Part shown: piece after piece, positions 55,942-64,000 of the stretch
How positions within the stretch are numbered: position 1 is the first letter of the stretch
How the letters are laid out: every line of letters starts with the position of its first letter
Origin: Alphaproteobacteria bacterium
GTDB lineage: Bacteria > Pseudomonadota > Alphaproteobacteria > UBA828
Direction of reading: 5' to 3'
Assembly: GCA_965221125.1 (NCBI GenBank)
Contig: CBDCRW010000006.1
Coordinates: forward strand, 224,001 to 288,000
DNA length: 64,000 bases
Notes under the pieces: model-generated
What the model was told of the DNA's origin: nothing
What the model saw: only the letters and a program-made list of their open reading frames with translations
Database searches by the model: none
Position numbers and translations under genes: made by a program

Positions 55942-57312
55942 ATGAAAATGTCATTGAGGAACGGATTGCGCCGCGGAATCAGCGGTGCGTTGGCCGCGGC
56001 GGTGGTCGCCGGCGGTCTCACAGCGGCAGCCACGACGACTCTCACGAGCGGTGAGGTGCAGGCGGCCGACGAGCAGTTCATTCCCTTGCTCGTCTACCGG
56101 ACCGGGCCATACGCGCCCAACGGCATCCCGGCCGCGAACGGCGCCCTCGACTATTACTCGCTGGTCAACGAGCGCGACGGCGGGATCAACGGCGTCAAGC
56201 TCGCCTTCGAGGAGTGCGAATACCGCTACGACACCAAGCTCGGCGTCGAGTGCTACGAGCGCCTCAAGAACCAGGGGCCCACCGGGGCGTCGATCGTCAT
56301 GCCCTTGTCCACCGGCGTGACCTATCAGCTCAATCCGAGGGCTCCGGTCGACAAGATTCCGGTGCACTCGATGGGTTACGGGCAGACGGCGGCATCGGAC
56401 GGGCGCGTGTTCCCGTGGACCTTCACCTTCCCCACCACGTACTGGAGCCAGGCTTCGGCCTTCATCAAGTTCGTGGGCGCCCAGGAAGGCGGCATGGACA
56501 ATCTGGCGGGCAAGACGATCGCGCTCGTCTACCACAACAGCCCCTACGGCAAGGAGCCGATCCAGACCCTTGAGGTGCTGGCCGAGAAGCTCGGCTACAC
56601 CCTGGAGCTGCTGCCGGTCGACCACCCGGGGCAGGAGCAGCGCGCGACCTGGCTGCAGATCCGCAAGATCAAGCCCGACTGGACCTTCATCTGGGGCTGG
56701 GGCGTGATGAACCAGGTGGCGCTCAAGGAGGCCGCGGCGATCGCCTATGACATGAACCGCCTGATCGGCGTTTGGTGGTCGGCGAGCGAATCCGACGTGG
56801 TGCCGGCAGGCGACGACGCCATCGGCTATCGCGGCGGCTCGTTCCACTCGCCGGGCGCGGGCTTCCCGCTCCACGACGAGATCCTGCAAACCCTCTACGG
56901 CGGCGACGCGGCGGCTGCGGCGGAGAAGAACTTCGGCGAGGTCCTCTACAACCGCGGACTGCTCAGTTCCGTCTACACGACCGAGGCGATCCGCACCGCC
57001 CAGGCGAAGTTCGGCAACCGGCCGCTCACCGGCGAAGAGGTGCGCTGGGGCCTGGAGAACCTCGATCTGACGGAGGAGCGGCTGGCCGAGCTCGGCCTCG
57101 CCGGCTTCACTCCGCCGGTGAAGATCACCTGCGAGGACCATGAGGGCAACGGCCCCGTCATCATCCAGCAGTGGGACGGCTCGGCCTGGAACATCGTCAG
57201 CGACTGGATCGAGCCCATGCAGGACGTCGTGCGTCCGATGATCGAGGCGGCTGCCGCCCAGTACGCGGAGGAGAACAACATCACTCCGCGCGACTGCTCG
57301 CAGGAAATGTGA
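55942..57312 (+). CDS. HAAT/Liv-type ABC substrate-binding protein
   Basis: Signal peptide, YRTGPYA, GVECYERLK, WGWGVMN. Confidence 0.92.
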   Translation: MKMSLRNGLRRGISGALAAAVVAGGLTAAATTTLTSGEVQAADEQFIPLLVYRTGPYAPNGIPAANGALDYYSLVNERDGGINGVKLAFEECEYRYDTKLGVECYERLKNQGPTGASIVMPLSTGVTYQLNPRAPVDKIPVHSMGYGQTAASDGRVFPWTFTFPTTYWSQASAFIKFVGAQEGGMDNLAGKTIALVYHNSPYGKEPIQTLEVLAEKLGYTLELLPVDHPGQEQRATWLQIRKIKPDWTFIWGWGVMNQVALKEAAAIAYDMNRLIGVWWSASESDVVPAGDDAIGYRGGSFHSPGAGFPLHDEILQTLYGGDAAAAAEKNFGEVLYNRGLLSSVYTTEAIRTAQAKFGNRPLTGEEVRWGLENLDLTEERLAELGLAGFTPPVKITCEDHEGNGPVIIQQWDGSAWNIVSDWIEPMQDVVRPMIEAAAAQYAEENNITPRDCSQEM

Positions 57313-58148
57313 GCGCAGCAGCCGAGAGTTTGGCCGGGGGCGGCGGTGACGCGACCGCCGCCGCCCCTGAGGCCCTGCTGCGTCTCGACGCGGTCGAGGT
57401 CGTCTACGACCACGTGATCTCGGTCCTGCGCGGCGTCTCCATCGAGGTCCCCGAAGGCGCGATCGTCGCCATTCTGGGGCCGAACGGCGCCGGCAAGACC
57501 ACCACGCTCAAGGCGGTCTCCAACCTGCTGCGCGTGGAGCGCGGCGACATCACCGGGGGCGCGATCCACTTCCGGGGCGAGCGCATCGACCGGCTCGCGC
57601 CGGGCGACCTCGTGCGGCGCGGCATCATCCAGGTCATGGAGGGGCGCCGCTGCTTCCCCCACCTCACGGTGCACGAGAACCTGCTGACCGGCTCCTACAC
57701 CCGGAATGACGGCAAGGCTGCGGTGCGCGCCGACCTGGAGCGGGTCTACGCACACTTCCCCGCGCTCTCCGAGCGCCGCCGCATCCTCGCGGGCTTCATC
57801 TCCGGCGGGGAGCAGCAGATGCTCGCCATCGGCCGGGCGCTGATGTCGCGGCCTGCCATGGTGCTGCTGGACGAGCCGTCCATGGGCCTCGCGCCGCAGG
57901 TGGTCGCCCGGATTTTCGACGAGGTCCGCCAGCTCAACCGGGAGGAGGGAGTCACGTTCCTGCTCGCCGAGCAGAACGCCAACATGGCGCTCGGCGTCGC
58001 CGGTTACGGCTACATCCTGGAAAGCGGCCAGGTCGTCCTCGAGGGCACGGCGGCGGAGCTCCACGGCAACCCGGCCGTGAGGGAGCACTATCTGGGTCTC
58101 TCCCACGCCGCGGCCGAGTCTGCGGCCGAAGGCGGCCATGCAGGCTGA
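57309..58148 (+). CDS. Liv-type ABC ATPase (LivF-like)
   Basis: GPNGAGKTT, SGGEQQM, DEPSMGLAP. Confidence 0.93.
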   Translation: MSAAAESLAGGGGDATAAAPEALLRLDAVEVVYDHVISVLRGVSIEVPEGAIVAILGPNGAGKTTTLKAVSNLLRVERGDITGGAIHFRGERIDRLAPGDLVRRGIIQVMEGRRCFPHLTVHENLLTGSYTRNDGKAAVRADLERVYAHFPALSERRRILAGFISGGEQQMLAIGRALMSRPAMVLLDEPSMGLAPQVVARIFDEVRQLNREEGVTFLLAEQNANMALGVAGYGYILESGQVVLEGTAAELHGNPAVREHYLGLSHAAAESAAEGGHAG

Positions 58149-58953
58149 TCCGCAAGGCGGCCACCCGGCGCCGGGCGAGCCGATGCTCAGCGTCCAGGAC
58201 ATCGCGCTCCGCTTCGGCGGCGTGCAAGCCCTGGCAGGCGTCGAGTTCACCATCTATGCCGGCGAGATCTGCGCCATCATCGGGCCCAACGGCGCCGGCA
58301 AGACCTCCATGCTCAACGTGCTGAACGGCGCCTACCAGCCGACCGAGGGCACGATCACCTTCAAGGGGCGCACGCGGCGCAAGATGCACCCGCGCGTCGC
58401 CGCCCAGGAGGGCATGGCCCGCACCTTCCAGAACGTCGCGCTGTTCAAGGGCATGAGCACGCTCGACAACGTCATGGCCGGCCGCAACCTCAAGATGCAC
58501 AGCAACTTCGTCGCCTGCCTGCTGCCGGTGGGGCCGTCGCGGGCGGAGGAGGCGCGCCACCGCGCCGCCGCCGACGAGGTCATCAGCTTTCTCGAGATCG
58601 AGGATATCCGGAACGTGCCCGTGGGCCGCCTGCCCTACGGCCTGCAGAAGCGGGTGGAGCTCGCCCGCGCGCTCGCGGCCGAGCCCGACCTGCTGCTGCT
58701 CGACGAGCCGATGGCCGGCATGAACCGCGGCGAGAAGGCCGAGATGAGCCGCTTCATCCTCGAGACCAAGGCGCGCTTCGGCACGACCATGGCCCTGATC
58801 GAGCACGACATGAGCGTGGTCATGGAGCTCTCCGACCACATCGTGGTGCTCGACTACGGCCGCAAGATCGCCGACGGCACGCCCGAGGAGGTGCGCAACG
58901 ACCAGACCGTGATCGACGCCTATCTGGGCGTCGCGACCGAGGATGACGCGTGA
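58138..58953 (+). CDS. Liv-type ABC ATPase (LivG-like)
   Basis: GPNGAGKTS, RTFQN, LPYG, EHDM. Confidence 0.93.
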   Translation: MQADPQGGHPAPGEPMLSVQDIALRFGGVQALAGVEFTIYAGEICAIIGPNGAGKTSMLNVLNGAYQPTEGTITFKGRTRRKMHPRVAAQEGMARTFQNVALFKGMSTLDNVMAGRNLKMHSNFVACLLPVGPSRAEEARHRAAADEVISFLEIEDIRNVPVGRLPYGLQKRVELARALAAEPDLLLLDEPMAGMNRGEKAEMSRFILETKARFGTTMALIEHDMSVVMELSDHIVVLDYGRKIADGTPEEVRNDQTVIDAYLGVATEDDA

Positions 58954-59888
58954 TGGAGTTCCTCTGGGATTTCTTCGTCGCGCCCTTCCTCGACATGATC
59001 GAGTTTCCGATCTTCCTCGCCGAGGTCGCGGTCTCCGGCCTGCTCACCGGCGTGATGTACTCGCTGGTGGCGCTCGGCTTCGTGCTCATCTTCAAGGCAT
59101 CGCAAGTGTTCAACTTCGCCCAGGGCGCGATGGTGCTGTTCGCAGCGCTCACCCTGGTGGGGCTGATGGAGCACGGCGTGCCGATCTGGGGCGCGCTGCC
59201 GCTCACGGCGATCGTCATGGTGGCACTCGCCTTCGCGATCGAGCGCGGGATGCTGCGCCCGCTCATCAACCAGCCGCCGATCACGCTCTTCATGGCGACC
59301 ATCGGGCTGAGCTTCCTGCTCGAAGGCGCCGGCGAGTGGGTCTGGGGCTCCAACGTGAAGGCGCTAGACCTCGGCATCCCGAATTCGCCGGTCGACGTCG
59401 GCGGCATGCTGCTCAACGAGTTCGACCTCATCGCGGCCCTGGTGGCGGCGGTGCTCGTGGCGGCGCTGGCGTTGATCTTCCAGCACACGCCCATGGGCCG
59501 CGCGCTCCGCGCCGTCGCCGACGATCCGCAAGCCGCGCTCTCCCTCGGCATCTCGCTCAGGACCATCTGGATCATCGTCTGGTCGGTGGCGGGGATCGTC
59601 GCCATCGTCGCCGGCATCATGTGGGGCGCGAAGAGCGGCGTGCAGTTCAGCCTGTCGCTGATCGCGCTCAAGGCGCTGCCCGTGCTCATCCTGGGCGGGC
59701 TCACCTCGGTTCCCGGCGCCATCGTCGGCGGGCTCATCATCGGCCTCGGCGAGAAGGTGGCCGAGGTCTACTGGGGCCCGGTGATCGGCGGCGCGATCGA
59801 GAACTGGTTCGCCTACATGCTGGCCATGCTGGTCCTCATGTTCCGGCCCCAGGGCCTGTTCGGCGAGAAGATCATCGAGCGGGTGTGA
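58953..59888 (+). CDS. Liv-type permease (LivH-like)
   Basis: ALGFVLI, FNFAQG, GRALRA, RPQGLFG. Confidence 0.92.
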   Translation: MEFLWDFFVAPFLDMIEFPIFLAEVAVSGLLTGVMYSLVALGFVLIFKASQVFNFAQGAMVLFAALTLVGLMEHGVPIWGALPLTAIVMVALAFAIERGMLRPLINQPPITLFMATIGLSFLLEGAGEWVWGSNVKALDLGIPNSPVDVGGMLLNEFDLIAALVAAVLVAALALIFQHTPMGRALRAVADDPQAALSLGISLRTIWIIVWSVAGIVAIVAGIMWGAKSGVQFSLSLIALKALPVLILGGLTSVPGAIVGGLIIGLGEKVAEVYWGPVIGGAIENWFAYMLAMLVLMFRPQGLFGEKIIERV

Positions 59889-60940
59889 CCGTGCTCACCT
59901 ACCTCACCGACCTCTACGGCACCTTCTTCGCGACCCGCCCGCGCGCGATCAACACCGTCTTCGTGACCGTGATCGCGCTGCTCGCCCTCTTCGCGGTGCC
60001 GACGCTCGCCAACGAGTACTGGCTCCAGGCGATCCTGATTCCGTTCCTGATCTTCGCGCTCGCCGCGCTCGGCCTCAATCTGCTCACCGGCTTCGCCGGC
60101 CAGCTCTCGCTCGGCACCGGCGGCTTCATGGCGGTCGGCGCCTACGCCGCCTTCAAGATGACCACCGCGTGGCCCGGCATGGACATCATCGCCATCTTCT
60201 TCATCTCGGGCTTCTTCGCCGCCGGCGTCGGCATCCTGTTCGGGCTGCCGAGCCTGCGCATCAAGGGCTTCTACCTGGCGGTGGCGACGCTGGCCGCGCA
60301 GTTCTTCCTGATCTGGCTGTTCAACCGGGTGCCGTGGTTCTACAACGACAACCCGTCCGGCACGATCACGGCGCCGCCGCGCGAATTCGCGGGCGTCATG
60401 GTGACCGGGCCCGAAGCCACCGCCGAGGTGCGCTATCTGGTCGCGCTCGTCCTGTTGGCGGTCTTTGTCTTCTTCTCCTGGAATCTGATGCGGAGCCGCT
60501 TCGGCCGGGCCTGGATGGCCGTGCGCGACATGGACGTGGCGGCCGAGATCGTGGGCATCCCGTTGCTCCGCACCAAGCTGCTGGCCTTCGGCGTGAGCTC
60601 CTATCTCTGCGGCGTCGCCGGCGCGCTCTTCGTCTTCCTCTATCTCGGCAGCGCCGAGACCATCGCCTTCGACGTCAACGTCTCCTTCCTCGTGCTCTTC
60701 ATGATCATCGTGGGCGGCCTCGGCTCGATCGCCGGCTCCATCATCGGCGCCGCCTTCATCACCATCCTGCCGATCTTCCTCACCAACCTGAACCCGATCC
60801 TCGGCATCGATCTGGCCGTCGACATCGCCAAGCATATCGAGGTGATCATCTTCGGCGGCCTCATCATCGTGATCCTGATTCTCGAGCCGCACGGCATGGC
60901 GCGCCTCATCGCCATCACGCGCGAGCGCCTCCGCATCTAG
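59885..60940 (+). CDS. Liv-type permease (LivM-like)
   Basis: GQLSLG, GFYLAVATLA, GRAWMAVRD, GGLGS. Confidence 0.92.
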   Translation: MTVLTYLTDLYGTFFATRPRAINTVFVTVIALLALFAVPTLANEYWLQAILIPFLIFALAALGLNLLTGFAGQLSLGTGGFMAVGAYAAFKMTTAWPGMDIIAIFFISGFFAAGVGILFGLPSLRIKGFYLAVATLAAQFFLIWLFNRVPWFYNDNPSGTITAPPREFAGVMVTGPEATAEVRYLVALVLLAVFVFFSWNLMRSRFGRAWMAVRDMDVAAEIVGIPLLRTKLLAFGVSSYLCGVAGALFVFLYLGSAETIAFDVNVSFLVLFMIIVGGLGSIAGSIIGAAFITILPIFLTNLNPILGIDLAVDIAKHIEVIIFGGLIIVILILEPHGMARLIAITRERLRI

Positions 60941-61030
60941 CCCGCATTCGCACCGCGGTTGTGGTCTGCGCCCCGCCAGACAGCACCGCAATTCCGGGCC
61001 AGAGCCGCCCCGTTCTGCGCGGAAGGGCTT

Positions 61031-61111
61031 TAAAGCGGCATATTCCGGCATACGCCGGCACAAAGTGACACAAAGTGGCACAAGGTGGCACGAATCGAGC
61101 GGCACAAGGTG
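61031..61111. repeat. 10-bp tandem repeat array, left half
   Basis: taaagcggca tattccggca tacgccggca caaagtgaca caaagtggca caaggtggca ... ggcacaaggtg. Confidence 0.85.
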
Positions 61112-63201
61112 CAGGGCTCGTTTTTTGTCCGCCCGGCGAGCGGCGTGAGGTGATCGCGGCGCTGGTCATTTCGTTTTCGCTGTGGCAGTGTAGCGGCCAT
61201 GGCGACGTTGCCGGGCCTGGATTCGTCCATTGATCTGCGTGCGGTCACGGTGCGCCCGACCTGGGGCGCGCGGGAGCACCGGCGCTGGGACCGGCTGGTG
61301 GAGGAGCACCACTACCTGCGATTCCACGGCGTCGTCGGCAAGGGGCTGCGCCATGTCGCGGTGCATGGCGAGACCTGGCTCGCCCTGATCGGCTGGCAGC
61401 CGGGCGCGTTCAAGCTGGCCGCGCGCGACCGCTGGATCGGCTGGTCGGCGGAGCAGCAGTTCCGGCGCCTGCATCTGATCGCGAACAACTCGCGCTTCGT
61501 GATCCTGACGCCTGAGCGGGTTCCCAACCTGGCCTCGCGGGTTCTGGGGCTGAGCCTGCGGCGGCTGTCTGCGGACACCCAGGCGGTGCATGGATACCCG
61601 GCGCTCCTGGCCGAGACCTTCGTCGATCCCGCGCGCTTCGCCGGCACCTGCTACCGCGCGTCGAACTGGCGCTCGCTGGGGATGACGCGCGGCTTTGCCC
61701 GTGACCCCGGAGCTGCTCCGCGCTGGCGCCACCACGGCCAGCCCAAGGAGGTCTTCGTGTTCGAACTTAGCGATGGCGCCGCCGAAGCGCTGAGCCGGGC
61801 CGAGATCCCGGCGAACTGGAACGCCGAGCAACACAGCGAGCCGATGACGGCGCCCCGGCTGCGCAGCCTGTTCGAGTGCCTGGGCGAGGTGCCCGAGTGC
61901 CGCCATGCCCGGGGCAAGCGCTATCCCTTGAAGACCGTGCTGGCGGTTGCCGTCGCCGCCCGCCTTGCCGGCTACCGGGGCTCGACAGCCTTCGCCCAGT
62001 TCGCCGCCCTGCTCTCGCAGGAGCAGCTCGAGGCGGTCGGCGCGTTCTGGAGCCCTTCGAAGAAGCGCTACACCGCGCCCGCGATCACCACCTTCCACAA
62101 CATCCTCGCCGCCCTGCCGCCGGAGACGCTGGACAACGCCATCGGCCGGTGGACCGGCCAGCACGACGGCGCGCACGCCCCGGTCGCCATGGACGGAAAG
62201 GACCTGCGCGGCGCCTCGAAGCAGACCGAAGACGGGCGGCGCATGATGGTCGCGGCGCTGGTGCACAAGACCGGCATGGTCCTGGGACAGGTCGAGGTCG
62301 ATAGAAAGAGCAACGAGATCCCCGCCGTGCGCGAACTCTCCAGCAGTCTCGACCTCGCAGGCCGGACCGTCACCCTCGATGCGATGCACGCCCAGCACGA
62401 GACCGCGCGCTGCCTGCTCGGGCGTCGCGCCGACTACGTGGTCACCGCGGTGAAGGACAATCAGGAGACCATCCTCGAAGACCTCAAGGCGATCGACTTC
62501 TCCGACGCGCCCTGGCACGAAACCGTCGACAAGGGCCATGGCCGCATCGAGCGCCGCCGCTGCGCCGTCGTCGACCTCTCCGCTGCCGAATGGGACGGCT
62601 ACGCCAACCTTCACGGACGCCGCCAGGCGATGCGCATCGAACGCGAGCGCGAGATCCTCAAGACCGGCGAGCGCAGCGTCGAGGTGACCTGGAGCCTGAC
62701 CTCGCTCGGCGCAGACCGCGCCGGGCCCGAGGAGCTTCTGGCTCTGGTCCGCAATCACTGGCACATCGAGAACCGGCTGCACTACGTGCGCGACTTCACC
62801 TATGACGAAGACCGCTGCCGGGCGTACGTGCGCCACCTGCCGCGCAATCTCTCCTGCCTGACCAACGCGGCCATCGCCATCGTGCGCTGCGACGGGCGCT
62901 TCCGCTTCCTGCCCGAGGCCAACCGGCATTATGCCGCCCGCGCCCAGGAGGCTCTCGACGCGATCCTGATCGCGCCCGCTGCATGATCCTGCGGGCGTAA
63001 CCGCGTCGCAGAGCGCGACGGGACGCGCCGTCGAACGGCGCGGCGGGATCGCTTTGCCCGGCGAGCCCGAAAACCGAGCCCTACCGGCCCCCGCGGACCC
63101 CATGCAGCCGCCCAGCCAAGCTCGGCCAGGACCTTCATCGGCCCAAGCCTGCCCGCTCTCGGTCATCCCGCCCTCTCAGCCATGACTAAAAAATGTTCCT
63201 G
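61112..63201 (+). mobile_element. ISAs1-family insertion sequence
   Basis: Ends CAGGGCTCGTTTTTT ... AAAAAATGTTCCTG (imperfect IR), flanked by identical GCACAAGGTG at 61102-61111 and 63202-63211. Confidence 0.8.
61199..62986 (+). CDS. ISAs1 DDE transposase with N-terminal DUF4338-like domain
   Basis: N-terminus HHYL, RDRWIGW, NNSRF, NLASRVL, ETFVD, GTCYRASNW; C-terminus AMDGK, KSNEI, TLDAMHAQ, VKDNQ, GHGRIE, HWHIENRLH, EDRCR. Confidence 0.93.
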   Translation: MATLPGLDSSIDLRAVTVRPTWGAREHRRWDRLVEEHHYLRFHGVVGKGLRHVAVHGETWLALIGWQPGAFKLAARDRWIGWSAEQQFRRLHLIANNSRFVILTPERVPNLASRVLGLSLRRLSADTQAVHGYPALLAETFVDPARFAGTCYRASNWRSLGMTRGFARDPGAAPRWRHHGQPKEVFVFELSDGAAEALSRAEIPANWNAEQHSEPMTAPRLRSLFECLGEVPECRHARGKRYPLKTVLAVAVAARLAGYRGSTAFAQFAALLSQEQLEAVGAFWSPSKKRYTAPAITTFHNILAALPPETLDNAIGRWTGQHDGAHAPVAMDGKDLRGASKQTEDGRRMMVAALVHKTGMVLGQVEVDRKSNEIPAVRELSSSLDLAGRTVTLDAMHAQHETARCLLGRRADYVVTAVKDNQETILEDLKAIDFSDAPWHETVDKGHGRIERRRCAVVDLSAAEWDGYANLHGRRQAMRIEREREILKTGERSVEVTWSLTSLGADRAGPEELLALVRNHWHIENRLHYVRDFTYDEDRCRAYVRHLPRNLSCLTNAAIAIVRCDGRFRFLPEANRHYAARAQEALDAILIAPAA

Positions 63202-63253
63202 GCACAAGGTGGCACAAAGTGGCACAAGATGGCACAAGGTGGCACAAGGTGGC
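63201..63253. repeat. 10-bp tandem repeat array, right half (5 units GGCACAARRT)
   Basis: ggcacaaggt ggcacaaagt ggcacaagat ggcacaaggt ggcacaaggt ggc. Confidence 0.92.
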
Positions 63254-63479
63254 TCTTGGCGGCCCAAGCTGGCCCGTCCCGGCGGCGGCAGGAGCCCGCC
63301 GGCCGAGCGCCCGGCCGCGAGCCGGCCCCCCGGAGCCGCTCCGTGCCGACTTCCCCGAAAGGGCGATGGTCTGCGCGCTGCATCCGCAGAGCCTGCCCCC
63401 GCCCGCCCGCTCCGTGCACCACACCATGGTCCGGGGCCAGCCCGCATTTCTCACTTAGGTCATGGTCTGCGGGGTGCAC

Positions 63480-63504
63480 GAAAAAGCCCCGGCTGTCCGG
63501 GGCT
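63480..63504 (-). terminator. Intrinsic terminator downstream of tRNA-Met
   Basis: AGCCCCGG-N4-CCGGGGCT followed by a T run on the minus strand. Confidence 0.7.
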
Positions 63505-63550
63505 GACGCGGTGAGGGCAAGTCCGTCCGAAACTCTCCGGAACCTGCGTG

Positions 63551-63626
63551 TGGTAGCGGGGGAGGGACTCGAACCCCCGACCCATGGATTATGATTCCAC
63601 TGCTCTACCGACTGAGCTACCCCGCC
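63551..63626 (-). tRNA. tRNA-Met(CAT), elongator
   Basis: GGCGGGGTAGCTCAG...AT-CAT-AA...GGTTCGAG...CGCTACCA, 76 nt. Confidence 0.95.
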
Positions 63627-63704
63627 CCAGGATCAGGAAGCGCACCGCTATACGCGGCGCCCTCGCCGCGTGTCAAGCGCGCCGCCGCAAAGACCGCGCA
63701 CGCC

Positions 63705-64000
63705 TCAGCGGAACGGCGGCGAATAGAGGATGCCGCCGTCGCGATAGAGGGCGCTGAGACCGCGCGGCAGGCCGAGGGCGCTGCCGGCGCCGAGGTGGCG
63801 GTCGAAGATCTCGGCGTAGTTGCCCTCCGCCGCGATGGCGCGGACCGCCCATCCGGGATCGAGGCCCAGCATCTCGGCGAGCGAGCCTTCGCTGCCGAGC
63901 ATGCGGTTGATCTCGGGATGATCGGTCCCCTGCGCCATCTCCATGACGTTCGCCTGGGTCACGCCTAGCTCCTCGGCCGAGATGAGCGCGTTCAGCACCC
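63705..64000 (-). CDS. General L-amino acid ABC substrate-binding protein (AapJ/BztA-like), C-terminal part
   Basis: AEELG, GNYAEIFDR, RGLSALY..GGILYSPPFR. Confidence 0.88.
   Translation of the reverse strand, partial: VLNALISAEELGVTQANVMEMAQGTDHPEINRMLGSEGSLAEMLGLDPGWAVRAIAAEGNYAEIFDRHLGAGSALGLPRGLSALYRDGGILYSPPFR

Noticed and set aside
61166-63166. 666-aa ORF antisense to the transposase
   Set aside because: Shadow ORF with no independent coding signal.
61031-63253. CRISPR array
   Set aside because: 10-bp units with no spacers and no cas genes.

Overview
High-GC alphaproteobacterial chromosome segment (alpha-type LexA box before recA, ATP-synthase zeta subunit, ROSE thermometer). Bases 1-~14656 are the right-hand part of an integrated island. 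Its end is marked by two tandem, intact tyrosine recombinases, and it interrupts a PhyH-family dioxygenase gene just after the HQD motif. The cargo is almost all nucleases: a Gabija-like OLD nuclease + UvrD helicase pair, an Mre11/Rad50 (SbcCD/YhaON-like) pair, two PD-(D/E)xK nucleases, a DEDDh-BRCT exonuclease, an RHH protein, and remnants of a third integrase and an EEP nuclease. The rest is host backbone: tRNA-Ala, catabolic and ABC transport genes, purCSQL, bolA/grxD, rpsD, cysS, nadE, a class II DAHP synthase, gor, tRNA-Ile2, recA, alaS, ibpA, a Liv-type ABC operon and tRNA-Met. At 61112-63201 a DUF4338-ISAs1 fusion transposase with a 10-bp target duplication sits inside a 10-bp tandem-repeat array, and a related 10-bp array lies between purS and purQ. 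All calls are from reading motifs; no database search was run.
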